Source of the DNA: Rikenella sp.
GTDB taxonomy: Bacteria; Bacteroidota; Bacteroidia; Bacteroidales; Rikenellaceae
Direction: 5' to 3'
Length of the DNA: 58,842 bases
Assembly: GCA_022511025.1 (NCBI GenBank)
Contig: JAFLSI010000001.1
Span: 1-58,842 of the forward strand
Shown here: positions 48,287 through 57,218 of the stretch, piece after piece
Layout of the letters: each line of letters opens with the position of its first letter
Position numbering within the stretch: position 1 is the first letter of the stretch
The notes under the pieces: generated by a model
The model's input: only the letters and a program-made list of their open reading frames with translations
Databases searched by the model: none
Told to the model about the DNA's origin: nothing
Program-made: the position numbers and the translations under genes

Positions 48287-48422
48287 AGAGAGTGCCCGGC
48301 GGAACCGGCTCGGAGAGCCGGGCGACCGACATCGCCCCATGCGGAGGCCGCCCAACCAAACAACCCCGGCTCCGCCCGCAGAAACAGCCACTTATTTACG
48401 AAAAAATCAAAACCGATCGGCT

Positions 48423-49982
48423 ATGCTGTATCCGAGTGCGCTTCGGTATGCAGAGAGCATCATGAATCCCGACGGTCTGTTCCGTCAGCTCCGCGGTTTG
48501 AGCGTCGAAGCCCCGCTCGAATACTCCTCCGGCGCCTACGGCGTCGTATTTCGCGTGCAGGTCGACCGGCAGCCTTTCGCCCTGAAGTGTTTCACCCGCC
48601 ACCAGCCCGGCCGCTCCGAAGCCTACCGGCGGATCGAACGGAGCCTCGCCCCCGTTTGGGAACAGCACCTCCCCTACATCGTCCCGTTCCGGTGGATCGA
48701 GGAGGAGATGACCGTTTTCGGCGATGACGACAGCCTGAGCATCCAGCCCGTCGTTTTGATGGAATGGGTCGACGGCCCCTCGCTGAGCCGCGCCATCGAC
48801 CGGGCCGCCTGCCGGGGCGACCGGGAGAGTTTGGGAAGCCTCTCCGCCGCATTCGACCGGTTGGCCTTGTGGCTGCTGGCCCAGCCCTTCGCCCACGGCG
48901 ATCTGAAACCCGACAACCTCATCGTGCGACCGGACGGCGAGTTGACCTTGGTCGACTACGACGGACTCTACCTGCCCGACATGGCCGGCGAACGCGCCCG
49001 CGAAATCGGCACCGAAGGGTTCCGCCATCCCGAACGCAGCGAAACCGCCTTCGGGAAGCACATCGACGACTACTCCGTCGCCCTGCTCAGTCTCGCTTTG
49101 CGCGCCTTGGCCCGGTGGCCGGAGTTGTACGGACAATACTGCGACCGCTCCCGGCTGTTGTTCGACCCCCTCTTGTTGGCCTCAGGCTCGTGTCCCGCCT
49201 ACAACCGGTTGAAAGAGACCGAACTGGCCTCCGATCCGTTGTTCGTTTTTTTGGGTTCCGGGCAGGAGCGGTTCGGCAGTCTGGCCGAAGCGCTCGCCGG
49301 GAGAGAGGCTCCGGCCGTTCCGGCCACCGTTTACGACTACACCGGCGATCCGGGACCGGAAGGGATACGGTTGGTGCGGCATGGCGGGAAATACGGCTTT
49401 ACGACCGCAGCAGGCACAGCTATCGTCCCGTGCATTTACGACCGTGCCCGCGCCTTTTCGGAAGGCGCAGCCGCCGTATGCCGGAACGAACGGTGGGGGT
49501 TCATCGCCCCCGACGGGAGCTGGTTGCAAGAACCGTGCTACGAAGCGTGCGGCGACTTCTCGGAGGGTGTGGCTCCGGTTTGCCTCGGCGGACGCTGGAG
49601 CTATGCGGACGGCGAATTTCGGCTGCTGTCCCGGCCGCGCTTCGACGACGCCTGGCCCTTTTCCGAATCCCGCGGCTTGGTGCGGAAAGGGAGCCGCTAC
49701 GGCTTTGTCGGGCCGGACGGACGGTTGGCGATACCGGCCCGCTACGACTTTGCCCAAGGTTTTCGGGAAGGCGCCGCCTGCGTCGTGGTCGACGGATTGT
49801 ACGGATACATCGACCGCCGCGGCCGTTACCTGATCCCCCCGACATTCGATTACGCCCGCTCGAAACGCAACGGCACGGTCTACGTCGAACGCGACGGTCG
49901 AGGCGAGAGTGTACCGTTCGACTCCCTCCTCTCCGGATCGCCAAAGCCGCCCCGCCGCAAAGCGGGCCGAACAACGTCTTGA
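48423..49982 (+). CDS. Ser/Thr protein-kinase-like domain fused to WG repeats
   Basis: SGAYGVV, ALKCF, HGDLKPDN, VDYDG; C-terminal repeats KYGF/WGFI/YGFV/YGYID with FSEG motifs. Confidence 0.85.
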   Translation: MLYPSALRYAESIMNPDGLFRQLRGLSVEAPLEYSSGAYGVVFRVQVDRQPFALKCFTRHQPGRSEAYRRIERSLAPVWEQHLPYIVPFRWIEEEMTVFGDDDSLSIQPVVLMEWVDGPSLSRAIDRAACRGDRESLGSLSAAFDRLALWLLAQPFAHGDLKPDNLIVRPDGELTLVDYDGLYLPDMAGERAREIGTEGFRHPERSETAFGKHIDDYSVALLSLALRALARWPELYGQYCDRSRLLFDPLLLASGSCPAYNRLKETELASDPLFVFLGSGQERFGSLAEALAGREAPAVPATVYDYTGDPGPEGIRLVRHGGKYGFTTAAGTAIVPCIYDRARAFSEGAAAVCRNERWGFIAPDGSWLQEPCYEACGDFSEGVAPVCLGGRWSYADGEFRLLSRPRFDDAWPFSESRGLVRKGSRYGFVGPDGRLAIPARYDFAQGFREGAACVVVDGLYGYIDRRGRYLIPPTFDYARSKRNGTVYVERDGRGESVPFDSLLSGSPKPPRRKAGRTTS

Positions 49983-50134
49983 GTTCATCCCGCCGCAAAG
50001 CGTCGATCCGAAGCGATGTCCGGTCGGGCTATACAAACCCCGCAGAAACAGAACCTCCCGGAGTTACGGCAAAAAGCAAGAAAAACCGTACATTTGTCCT
50101 CGGCGAAACCATAACCAACATAGCACGAACGACG

Positions 50135-50821
50135 ATGAAAAAAGCGATCGCTTTTCTACCCAACCTACTGACACTCTGCAACCTGCTATCCGGATGCGCC
50201 GCCGTTTCGGTGCTGTTTCTGCAGGCCGATTTCCGGGCGGCATTCGGGTGGGTGATCGCCGCCGCCGGGTTCGACTTTTTCGACGGCTTCGCGGCGCGGA
50301 TGCTGCGGGTCAGTTCGCCGACCGGCAAGGAGTTGGACTCCCTGGCCGATATGGTCAGTTTCGGTCTGACCCCGGCCGTAGTCGTCTTCATGCTGCTGAA
50401 CGGCCGGATCGGCGGGTGGGCCGGCGCCGCATTCCTGCTGACGGCCTGCGCAGCGCTGCGGCTGGCCAAATTCAACACCGACGACCGGCAGCACGACGAG
50501 TTCCGGGGGCTGCCTACCCCGGCCTGCGCCCTGTTTTTCGTCTCGCTGCCGATGCTGCACTGCGGCTGGACGGAACAGCCGGCAGCGGTGCTGACCTTGA
50601 CAGGGCTGTTCGCTGCGCTTTTGGTGTGCGACCTGCCGATGTTCTCGCTCAAATTCAAAACATTCGGCTTCAAAAACAACGCCCTTCGATACCTTTTCAT
50701 CGCTTTTTCCGTTCTTCTTCTCGGATGGCTCGGTTTGGCGGCCCCTGCGGCGATCGTATTCGCCTACATCGCCGTCTCGACCGGCCGGGCGCTGTGTCGA
50801 AAAAGAGACACAAACGACTGA
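50135..50821 (+). CDS. pssA: CDP-diacylglycerol--serine O-phosphatidyltransferase
   Basis: PNLLTLCNL, DFFDGFAAR..GKELDSLADMVSFG, RLAKFN, FRGLPTP. Confidence 0.9.
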   Translation: MKKAIAFLPNLLTLCNLLSGCAAVSVLFLQADFRAAFGWVIAAAGFDFFDGFAARMLRVSSPTGKELDSLADMVSFGLTPAVVVFMLLNGRIGGWAGAAFLLTACAALRLAKFNTDDRQHDEFRGLPTPACALFFVSLPMLHCGWTEQPAAVLTLTGLFAALLVCDLPMFSLKFKTFGFKNNALRYLFIAFSVLLLGWLGLAAPAAIVFAYIAVSTGRALCRKRDTND

Positions 50822-50910
50822 TACAATGCAAGATACGGATTTATGAAAAATTCCGTACCTTTGCTCCGTTTCCGAACCGCAGGAGATTGAACCGACCGAC
50901 TCGAACACCG

Positions 50911-53016
50911 ATGGGTTACGTCCCGACAAAGCGTTATCTGCTCAGCCTCGCCCTGCTCGTTGTGTTGCCGCTGCTCGCGCGCGGGCAGAACAACGGGAAC
51001 ACCGTCATACGCTATCCCGTCGACAACAGCTCCCGCAACTCCTCCGGCCTGCTTCCCAGCCAGATGATCGAACGCGACACCGTCGACAAGGCCCGGCGGC
51101 CTAAGAAACCCCTCGAATCGTTCTACTTCGACGACTCCACCCGCGCCCGGCGGATCTTCTCGTGGAACGTATCGTTAGACAACAACAACATCGCCCTGAG
51201 CGAGATGGACACGACGATCGCCGATTTCCAGCGCGACTACCCGTTCATGCGCCAAGGGGTCGGGAGCGCCAGCCTCGGCAATTTAGGCGGCGCCACGGTT
51301 CCACTCGACTACTTCGCCCGTCCGCAGTTCCGCAACTTCTCGTTCGTGCAGGCCTGGGCCGCCTACCTCCAAACCCCGGACCGGATCCTGTTCTACAACG
51401 CCCGGATGCCCTACACCAACGTTTCGTACCAGATGTCCGGACAGCGGACGAAAGAGGAACAGCTCTTTCACGCCGTCATTTCGCAGAACATTTCGCCGTC
51501 GAGTTCGGTCAACCTCGACTACAACTCCGACGGGATGAAAGGTCAGTACGAGCGGCAGAAGGCATTGGACCGCTATTTTTCCGCCAACTTCGCCCACACC
51601 GGAAAACGGTACGCCATTCACGGCGGATATATCTACAACGTCGGCGACATTCAGGAAAACGGCGGGATCGTAGACACGCGGGACATCACCGACACCGTGA
51701 TGGACATGACCGAGAACATCCCGGTCCGGCTCGACGCCGCGGCCGACGCCCGGAACCGGTACAAAGGCCACACCTTCTACTGGACGCAGTCTTACGGGAT
51801 TCCCCTGCGGCGGCAGCGCATGTCGGACGACCTGACCCTCTCCAAGATACCGACCGTTTTCGTGGGGCAGTCGTTCCAGTACACCGTTTTCAAGAAAGTC
51901 TACTCCGACGCCGTGAAGATGCCCCTGACCGACGGCAGCGGCCCGGAGCCGGATACTCAACCCTTCTACGACCGGTTTTACATCAATTCGAACGGGACGA
52001 ACGACTCCGTGCGGCAGGCGATGACGGACGTCAAGTTTTTCATGCAGCTTCAGCCTTACAACCGCAACGGCGCCTTGGGGTTGGTAACGGCTGGGATCGG
52101 AGACGAACACGACAGCTACTACTATTACGTTCCGGAGGCTTACCGGGAGAGCTACGGCCGGGGAGGAAAACAGAGCCGGAATTCGGTCTACGCATACGGG
52201 AAGTTGGAGGGGGCCGTGAGCCGCTACATGCGGTGGACGGCCGATGCCAAACTGCACCTGATCGGGTACCGGAGCGGCGATTTCGATGCAGGAGGACGGC
52301 TGTCGCTCTCGGCCTACATCAAAGACAAGCCGCTGACGCTGGACGCCTCGGTGCGCTTCACGCTGCGCGAACCGGACTTCTGGCAGCAGAACTACTTCTC
52401 GAACCACTACGCGTGGTCGAACCGGTTCTCGAAAGAGAAATCGACGCTGATCTCCGCCACGTTCCGCATTCCCGACGTGGGGTTGGAGTTGGGGGGCAGT
52501 TATGCCCTGACCCAGGACAAGGTCTACTACGGACTGCAAGTCGTTCCGGAGCAATACGGCGACATGCTCAGCGTCATGGGACTTTATCTGCGCAAGGATT
52601 TCCGCATCGGCGGCCTGCACCTGAACCACCGGGCGCTCATGCAGTGGAGCTCGAACCAGACCGTCGCCCCGGTACCGTTGCTCAGCGCCTGCCTCTCCTA
52701 TTTCTTCGGCTTCGACGCCGTCAAAAACATACTCCACTTGCAGATCGGCATAGACGGACGGTACAACACCGCGTACTATGCCTACGCCTACAACCCGGCG
52801 ATCGGCCAGTTCTACACGCAGGACCGGGTCAAATTGGGCAACTACCCGTCGTTGGACGCCTTTGCGGCAGCGAAGTGGAAACGGCTGCGGCTGTTGGTCA
52901 AACTCCAACACTGGAACTGCAACCTCTTCGGCGGCAACCGCTACTTCGAGGTGGTGAACTACCCCCAGAACCGAATGATGCTCAAAATCGGTCTGTCGTG
53001 GTCATTCTACGATTAG
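50911..53016 (+). CDS. Putative outer-membrane porin (Bacteroidetes Porin_10-like)
   Basis: Signal peptide, LGNLG, QENGGI, Y.YNPAIGQFY, ends GLSWSFYD; TACCTTTG box 50856-50863. Confidence 0.8.
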   Translation: MGYVPTKRYLLSLALLVVLPLLARGQNNGNTVIRYPVDNSSRNSSGLLPSQMIERDTVDKARRPKKPLESFYFDDSTRARRIFSWNVSLDNNNIALSEMDTTIADFQRDYPFMRQGVGSASLGNLGGATVPLDYFARPQFRNFSFVQAWAAYLQTPDRILFYNARMPYTNVSYQMSGQRTKEEQLFHAVISQNISPSSSVNLDYNSDGMKGQYERQKALDRYFSANFAHTGKRYAIHGGYIYNVGDIQENGGIVDTRDITDTVMDMTENIPVRLDAAADARNRYKGHTFYWTQSYGIPLRRQRMSDDLTLSKIPTVFVGQSFQYTVFKKVYSDAVKMPLTDGSGPEPDTQPFYDRFYINSNGTNDSVRQAMTDVKFFMQLQPYNRNGALGLVTAGIGDEHDSYYYYVPEAYRESYGRGGKQSRNSVYAYGKLEGAVSRYMRWTADAKLHLIGYRSGDFDAGGRLSLSAYIKDKPLTLDASVRFTLREPDFWQQNYFSNHYAWSNRFSKEKSTLISATFRIPDVGLELGGSYALTQDKVYYGLQVVPEQYGDMLSVMGLYLRKDFRIGGLHLNHRALMQWSSNQTVAPVPLLSACLSYFFGFDAVKNILHLQIGIDGRYNTAYYAYAYNPAIGQFYTQDRVKLGNYPSLDAFAAAKWKRLRLLVKLQHWNCNLFGGNRYFEVVNYPQNRMMLKIGLSWSFYD

Positions 53017-53081
53017 CAGGGGGTGAAAACTCAGGGGAGGTCGTGCCGGCGGGGAGCGGCCCTTCCGACAAAAAACGATTT

Positions 53082-53759
53082 ATGAACTTGAAAAAAATTG
53101 TCTTCGCATTCGCCTTGCTCTTGCTTTCGGACTTCATCTTCACGGGATGTTCGTCCATGCGGACGGCGGAGAGCCTGTCGACGCGACCGACCGACCTCCA
53201 ACTGGAGATCGCCAGCCGGGGCCAGATTTCGCCGTTCGACCCGCTCATGCGGCAGATTGCCGAACCGGCGGGGATCGACTGGCGTTTGCTGGCGGCAATC
53301 GCTTATCAGGAATCGCATTTCGACCCGAATGCACGTTCGCACCGCGGCGCACGGGGATTGATGCAGGTGATGCGGAGCGTGGCGCGCGATTTCGGTGTGC
53401 CGGACGACCGGATCAACGACCCGGAGACCAACATTACCTTAGCGGTGAAACTCCTCCAACGAATCGAGAACACCCTGCGGTTCAGCCCGAAGACATCCGA
53501 CGACGACCGGACACGGATCATTCTGGCCTGTTACAATGCCGGCATGGGACACATCATCGACGCGCGCCGGCTGGCGGTCAAACACGGGGTCAACTACAAC
53601 TCGTGGGCACAGCTCCGCCCATTCATCGCCATGAAAGGGAGACCGGAGTGGGTCGACGACGAGGCGGTGCAGAACGGGCGGTTCGACAGCGCCGAAACGC
53701 TCCAATATGTGGACAAGGTCATGACGCAATATGCGGCATATTGCAAAAATTACCTCTGA
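53082..53759 (+). CDS. Lytic transglycosylase (SLT domain, MltF-like) lipoprotein
   Basis: DWRLLAAIAYQESHF, GARGLMQ, ACYNAG, ETLQYV. Confidence 0.88.
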   Translation: MNLKKIVFAFALLLLSDFIFTGCSSMRTAESLSTRPTDLQLEIASRGQISPFDPLMRQIAEPAGIDWRLLAAIAYQESHFDPNARSHRGARGLMQVMRSVARDFGVPDDRINDPETNITLAVKLLQRIENTLRFSPKTSDDDRTRIILACYNAGMGHIIDARRLAVKHGVNYNSWAQLRPFIAMKGRPEWVDDEAVQNGRFDSAETLQYVDKVMTQYAAYCKNYL

Positions 53760-53785
53760 ATCTGTTGCAACTTCAAAAAAAAGCC

Positions 53786-53793
53786 TATATTTG
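53786..53793 (+). promoter_or_regulatory. -7 promoter box (TATATTTG) of aromatic amino acid operon
   Basis: TAnnTTTG 58 nt upstream of leader-peptide ATG. Confidence 0.65.
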
Positions 53794-53851
53794 CAAGGTA
53801 TTTTCCTGCATAAGTTTTGTGCATAAGGGAAAATTCGGTCTGCACAGTACG

Positions 53852-53941
53852 ATGAAACACATTTTCGGACTTGGAATAATGGAGGGCTTTTATTCGCCTT
53901 TTTATTATTACCGCCGCCTGTTTCCGGGGGAGGGGGTCTGA
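53852..53941 (+). CDS. Putative Phe/Tyr attenuation leader peptide MKHIFGLGIMEGFYSPFYYYRRLFPGEGV
   Basis: 29 codons with 4 Phe and 4 Tyr (FYSPFYYY cluster) between promoter and terminator upstream of pheA; alternative start ATG 53879. Confidence 0.7.
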   Translation: MKHIFGLGIMEGFYSPFYYYRRLFPGEGV

Positions 53942-53989
53942 ATTTGCTTTGTCGTTGCAGTACTCGGTAGTTTGCACTGTATGATACGC

Positions 53990-54033
53990 AAAGATCCGGC
54001 TTCCTCCAAGGAAAGCCGGATCTTTCGCTTTTT
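53990..54033 (+). terminator. Attenuator terminator hairpin
   Basis: 13-bp perfect stem aaagatccggctt/aagccggatcttt followed by cgcttttt. Confidence 0.8.
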
Positions 54034-54121
54034 AACCGTTCGTTTTTGGTAGTTATAGGGTTGGAACCGTTGTTCTTTCTTTGAAAAGATATTCAGCCGT
54101 TTGCGCGCCGTCAGGCGCGGC

Positions 54122-54193
54122 GGGCCGACGCCACCCCCGGCGGAGGGCCGCAACTCTCGCTATGCTCGAATGCGCCTCCGCTGGCGCCGGCCC
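54122..54193. repeat. GC-rich nested palindrome (REP/MITE-like) in pheA leader
   Basis: gggccgacgcca/tggcgccggccc outer stem and gcggagg/cctccgc inner stem. Confidence 0.45.
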
Positions 54194-54265
54194 CGTTTGA
54201 ACGGAGAGAACCGTGCCCTCCTTAATACTACCAAAAAACGAACCCTTATAAAAGAAGACGAGAAG

Positions 54266-55093
54266 ATGCGGGTAGCCATACAAGGATACGAAGGCTGTTT
54301 TCATCACATTGCCGCCGAAGGATATTTCGGTCCCGGGATCGAGATCGTCCCCTGCGCCACCTTTCGGGGAGTCGTCAAAGCCTTGGAGGAAAGAGAAGCC
54401 GACACCGCCTTGATGGCCATCGAGAACTCCATTGCCGGGAGCATCCTGCCCAACTACGGATTGCTGCAAGACAGACAGTTGCGCGTAGTCGGCGAGATTT
54501 ACCTGCAGATCCGGCAGAACTTGTTAGTGCTTCCGGAGGCCGGGTTGGACGATATACGCGAAGTGTGGTCCCATCCGATGGCCCTTTTGCAGTGCGCCGA
54601 CTATTTGGACGACAAAGGGTGGCGCCTCGTCGAGACCGAAGATACCGCCCTGTCCGCCGCCCGGATCGCAAAAGAGCAGGTTCGGCATGCCGCCGCCATC
54701 GCCGGCGAGCTGCCCGCCCGCCTGTTCGGGTTGAAAGTGCTCGTTCCGGAGATCAACACGATACGGAACAACCACACCCGGTTCGTAGTTTTGCAGCGCA
54801 ACGCAGACCTTTCCGACCGGAGAGACGAGACGATCAACAAAGCCTCCCTGTTTTTTCAGGTAGGCCACCGGAAAGGAAGTCTGGCCAGCGTCCTCAACAC
54901 CATGGAGCGGTACGACATCAACATGACCAAATTGCAGTCCTACCCCGTGCCGAGCGACCCGTTCCACTACCTGTTCCACCTCGACATGGAGTTCGAAGAC
55001 ACCGGAGAGTACCGCGAAGCCATCCTGCACATGAACGCAGTGAGCGACAGCCTGACCGTTTACGGCGAATACGAGCGGGGACGGCACATTTAG
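54266..55093 (+). CDS. pheA: Prephenate dehydratase (PDT plus ACT)
   Basis: AIENSIAG, SHPMALLQC, NHTRFVV, TKLQSYP in ACT domain. Confidence 0.93.
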   Translation: MRVAIQGYEGCFHHIAAEGYFGPGIEIVPCATFRGVVKALEEREADTALMAIENSIAGSILPNYGLLQDRQLRVVGEIYLQIRQNLLVLPEAGLDDIREVWSHPMALLQCADYLDDKGWRLVETEDTALSAARIAKEQVRHAAAIAGELPARLFGLKVLVPEINTIRNNHTRFVVLQRNADLSDRRDETINKASLFFQVGHRKGSLASVLNTMERYDINMTKLQSYPVPSDPFHYLFHLDMEFEDTGEYREAILHMNAVSDSLTVYGEYERGRHI

Positions 55094-55150
55094 TCCCGTT
55101 CAACGGCCACAGATACAGAAGACGACAACGACACGAAACCTATACACACC

Positions 55151-56323
55151 ATGCTGCGGATCGAGACCGCCGACCGGCTCGGCAACGTCAAAGAATACTA
55201 CTTTTCCAAGAAACTGGCCCAAGTCGAAGCGATGCGGCGGGCCGGCCACGATGTGATCAGCTTAGGGATCGGCAGTCCCGACCTGCCCCCCCATCCGTCG
55301 GTCGTCGAAGCCCTGTACCGCGGAGCGCAGGACACCCGGACCCACGGCTATGCCAATTACAAAGGCGAACGCGTGCTGCTCGAAGCGATCGCCGCCTGGT
55401 ACAGCCGGAAATACGGCGTAACGCTCGACCCCGAGCAAGAGGTACTGACCCTGTACGGATCGAAAGAAGGGCTGGCCTATTTGTGTCAAACCTTTGTCAA
55501 TCCCGGCGACAAAGTCCTCGTGCCGAATCCGGGTTATCCGGCCTATGCCGCTTCAGTTCGTTTGGCCGGCGGAACAGTCGAAAGCTATCCGCTGACCGAA
55601 GCGAACGGCTGGCTGCCCGACTTCGACGCCTTGGAGCGGCGCCCCGATTTGGACCGGGTAAAGATGACGTTTCTCAACTACCCGCACATGCCGACCGGGA
55701 CCGCACCCGCAGCCGGACTGTTCGAGCGGTTCGTCGATTTTGCCGGGCGGCACGGCATCCTTTTGGTGCACGACAACCCCTACAGCTTCATCCGCAACGA
55801 CACGCCGCAGAGTTTGCTGGCCGTACCGGGGGCACGGGAGGTGGCAGTCGAGCTGAACTCGCTGAGCAAGAGCCAGAACATGGCCGGCTGGCGCGTAGGG
55901 ATGTTGGTCGGACGTTCCGATCTGTTAGCCGCCGTGCTGCGGTGCAAAAGCAACCTGAACAACGCGATGTTCGTGCCGATACAACAGGCTGCCGCCGTCG
56001 CGTTGGGGTTGGACGACACTTGGTATGCCGGGATCAACCGGATCTACCGCAGCCGGGAGCAGCTGGCCGTACGCATATTAGAGACATTGGGATGTTCGGT
56101 GCGCCCCGGACAAATGGGGCTGTTCGAGTGGGGTCGGCTGCCCGACACCGTGCTGGATTCGGGAGAGGACTGCTACGGCTTTATCGACCGGATTTTGGAC
56201 GAAAAACACCTGTTTATTACACCCGGAGGCATTTTCGGCAGCGAAGGGGAACGATACGTGCGGGTCTCGCTCTGCGCAGACGAAGAGACCTTGCAACGGG
56301 CCGTGGAAAGGCTTTCCGAGTAA
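55151..56323 (+). CDS. PLP aminotransferase in Phe/Tyr operon (likely aromatic or prephenate aminotransferase)
   Basis: EYYFSKKL, GSKEG, NYPHMPTG, HDNPY, SLSKSQNMAGWRVG; operon context. Confidence 0.85.
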   Translation: MLRIETADRLGNVKEYYFSKKLAQVEAMRRAGHDVISLGIGSPDLPPHPSVVEALYRGAQDTRTHGYANYKGERVLLEAIAAWYSRKYGVTLDPEQEVLTLYGSKEGLAYLCQTFVNPGDKVLVPNPGYPAYAASVRLAGGTVESYPLTEANGWLPDFDALERRPDLDRVKMTFLNYPHMPTGTAPAAGLFERFVDFAGRHGILLVHDNPYSFIRNDTPQSLLAVPGAREVAVELNSLSKSQNMAGWRVGMLVGRSDLLAAVLRCKSNLNNAMFVPIQQAAAVALGLDDTWYAGINRIYRSREQLAVRILETLGCSVRPGQMGLFEWGRLPDTVLDSGEDCYGFIDRILDEKHLFITPGGIFGSEGERYVRVSLCADEETLQRAVERLSE

Positions 56324-56343
56324 CCAACGAAAACAACACGACG

Positions 56344-57183
56344 ATGACAGTAACGATAATCGGATTAGGGTTGATCGGCGGATCGTTCGCATTAGCCTTG
56401 AAAGACCGGGGGTTAGCCGACCGGATCGTCGGCGTCGACACCGATCCGGCCCATGCAGACAAGGCCTTGGCATTGGGTTTGGTGGACGCGATTCAACCGG
56501 TCGGCGATGCGGTGGCCGAGAGCGACCTGATTGTCCTCGCGATACCGGTGAACGCCATTCCGCTGTTAGCCGTGCAGATACTCAACCGGATCGACCGGCA
56601 GATCGTCATGGACATGGGTTCGACAAAAGAGGAGTTGTGCGAAGTGATCGAGCAGCATGCCCGGCGGGGACGGTTCGTGGCGACCCACCCGATGTGGGGG
56701 ACCGAGTATTCGGGACCGGAGGCGGCCGTACACGGAGCTTTTACCGGCCGGTCGGTCGTGATTTGCCAGCGGGAGCTGAGCGATCCGGATGCCGTGGAGA
56801 GGGTGGAGGCGATCTACCGGGCGATCGGGATGCCGGTCATCGAGATGGATCCGGAAGAACACGACCTGCACGCAGCCTATGTGAGTCATATTTCGCAAGT
56901 TACGTCATATGCGCTGGCCTTGACCGTATTGGAAAAGGAGCGCGAGGACGAAACGATTTTCGCCCTCGCGGGGGGCGGGTTCGAGAGTACGGTGCGGTTG
57001 GCCAAGAGTTCGGGCGAGATGTGGATTCCGATTCTGCTCAAAAACAAATACAACGTATTGGATGTGCTGCGCGAGCACATCCACCAACTTCAGGTGATGC
57101 GGCGGATGATCGAGCGGGACGATACCGAGGGGTTGCAGGCGACGATCCGCAAGGCCAATTCGATCCGGCGGATCATCCGTTGA
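56344..57183 (+). CDS. tyrA: Prephenate/arogenate dehydrogenase
   Basis: IGLGLIGGS, DMGSTK, HPMWGTE, EHD..AYVSH, STVRLA. Confidence 0.92.
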   Translation: MTVTIIGLGLIGGSFALALKDRGLADRIVGVDTDPAHADKALALGLVDAIQPVGDAVAESDLIVLAIPVNAIPLLAVQILNRIDRQIVMDMGSTKEELCEVIEQHARRGRFVATHPMWGTEYSGPEAAVHGAFTGRSVVICQRELSDPDAVERVEAIYRAIGMPVIEMDPEEHDLHAAYVSHISQVTSYALALTVLEKEREDETIFALAGGGFESTVRLAKSSGEMWIPILLKNKYNVLDVLREHIHQLQVMRRMIERDDTEGLQATIRKANSIRRIIR

Positions 57184-57218
57184 CAGGGGAAATAAACAAG
57201 AAAAAGGAAAGAAACAAG

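Noticed and set aside
48764-57183. Very long ORF calls (48764-50821, 49909-53016, 51162-53759, 54565-57183) as fusion proteins
   Set aside because: N-terminal extensions are off-frame read-throughs of upstream genes; true starts are 50135, 50911, 53082 and 56344
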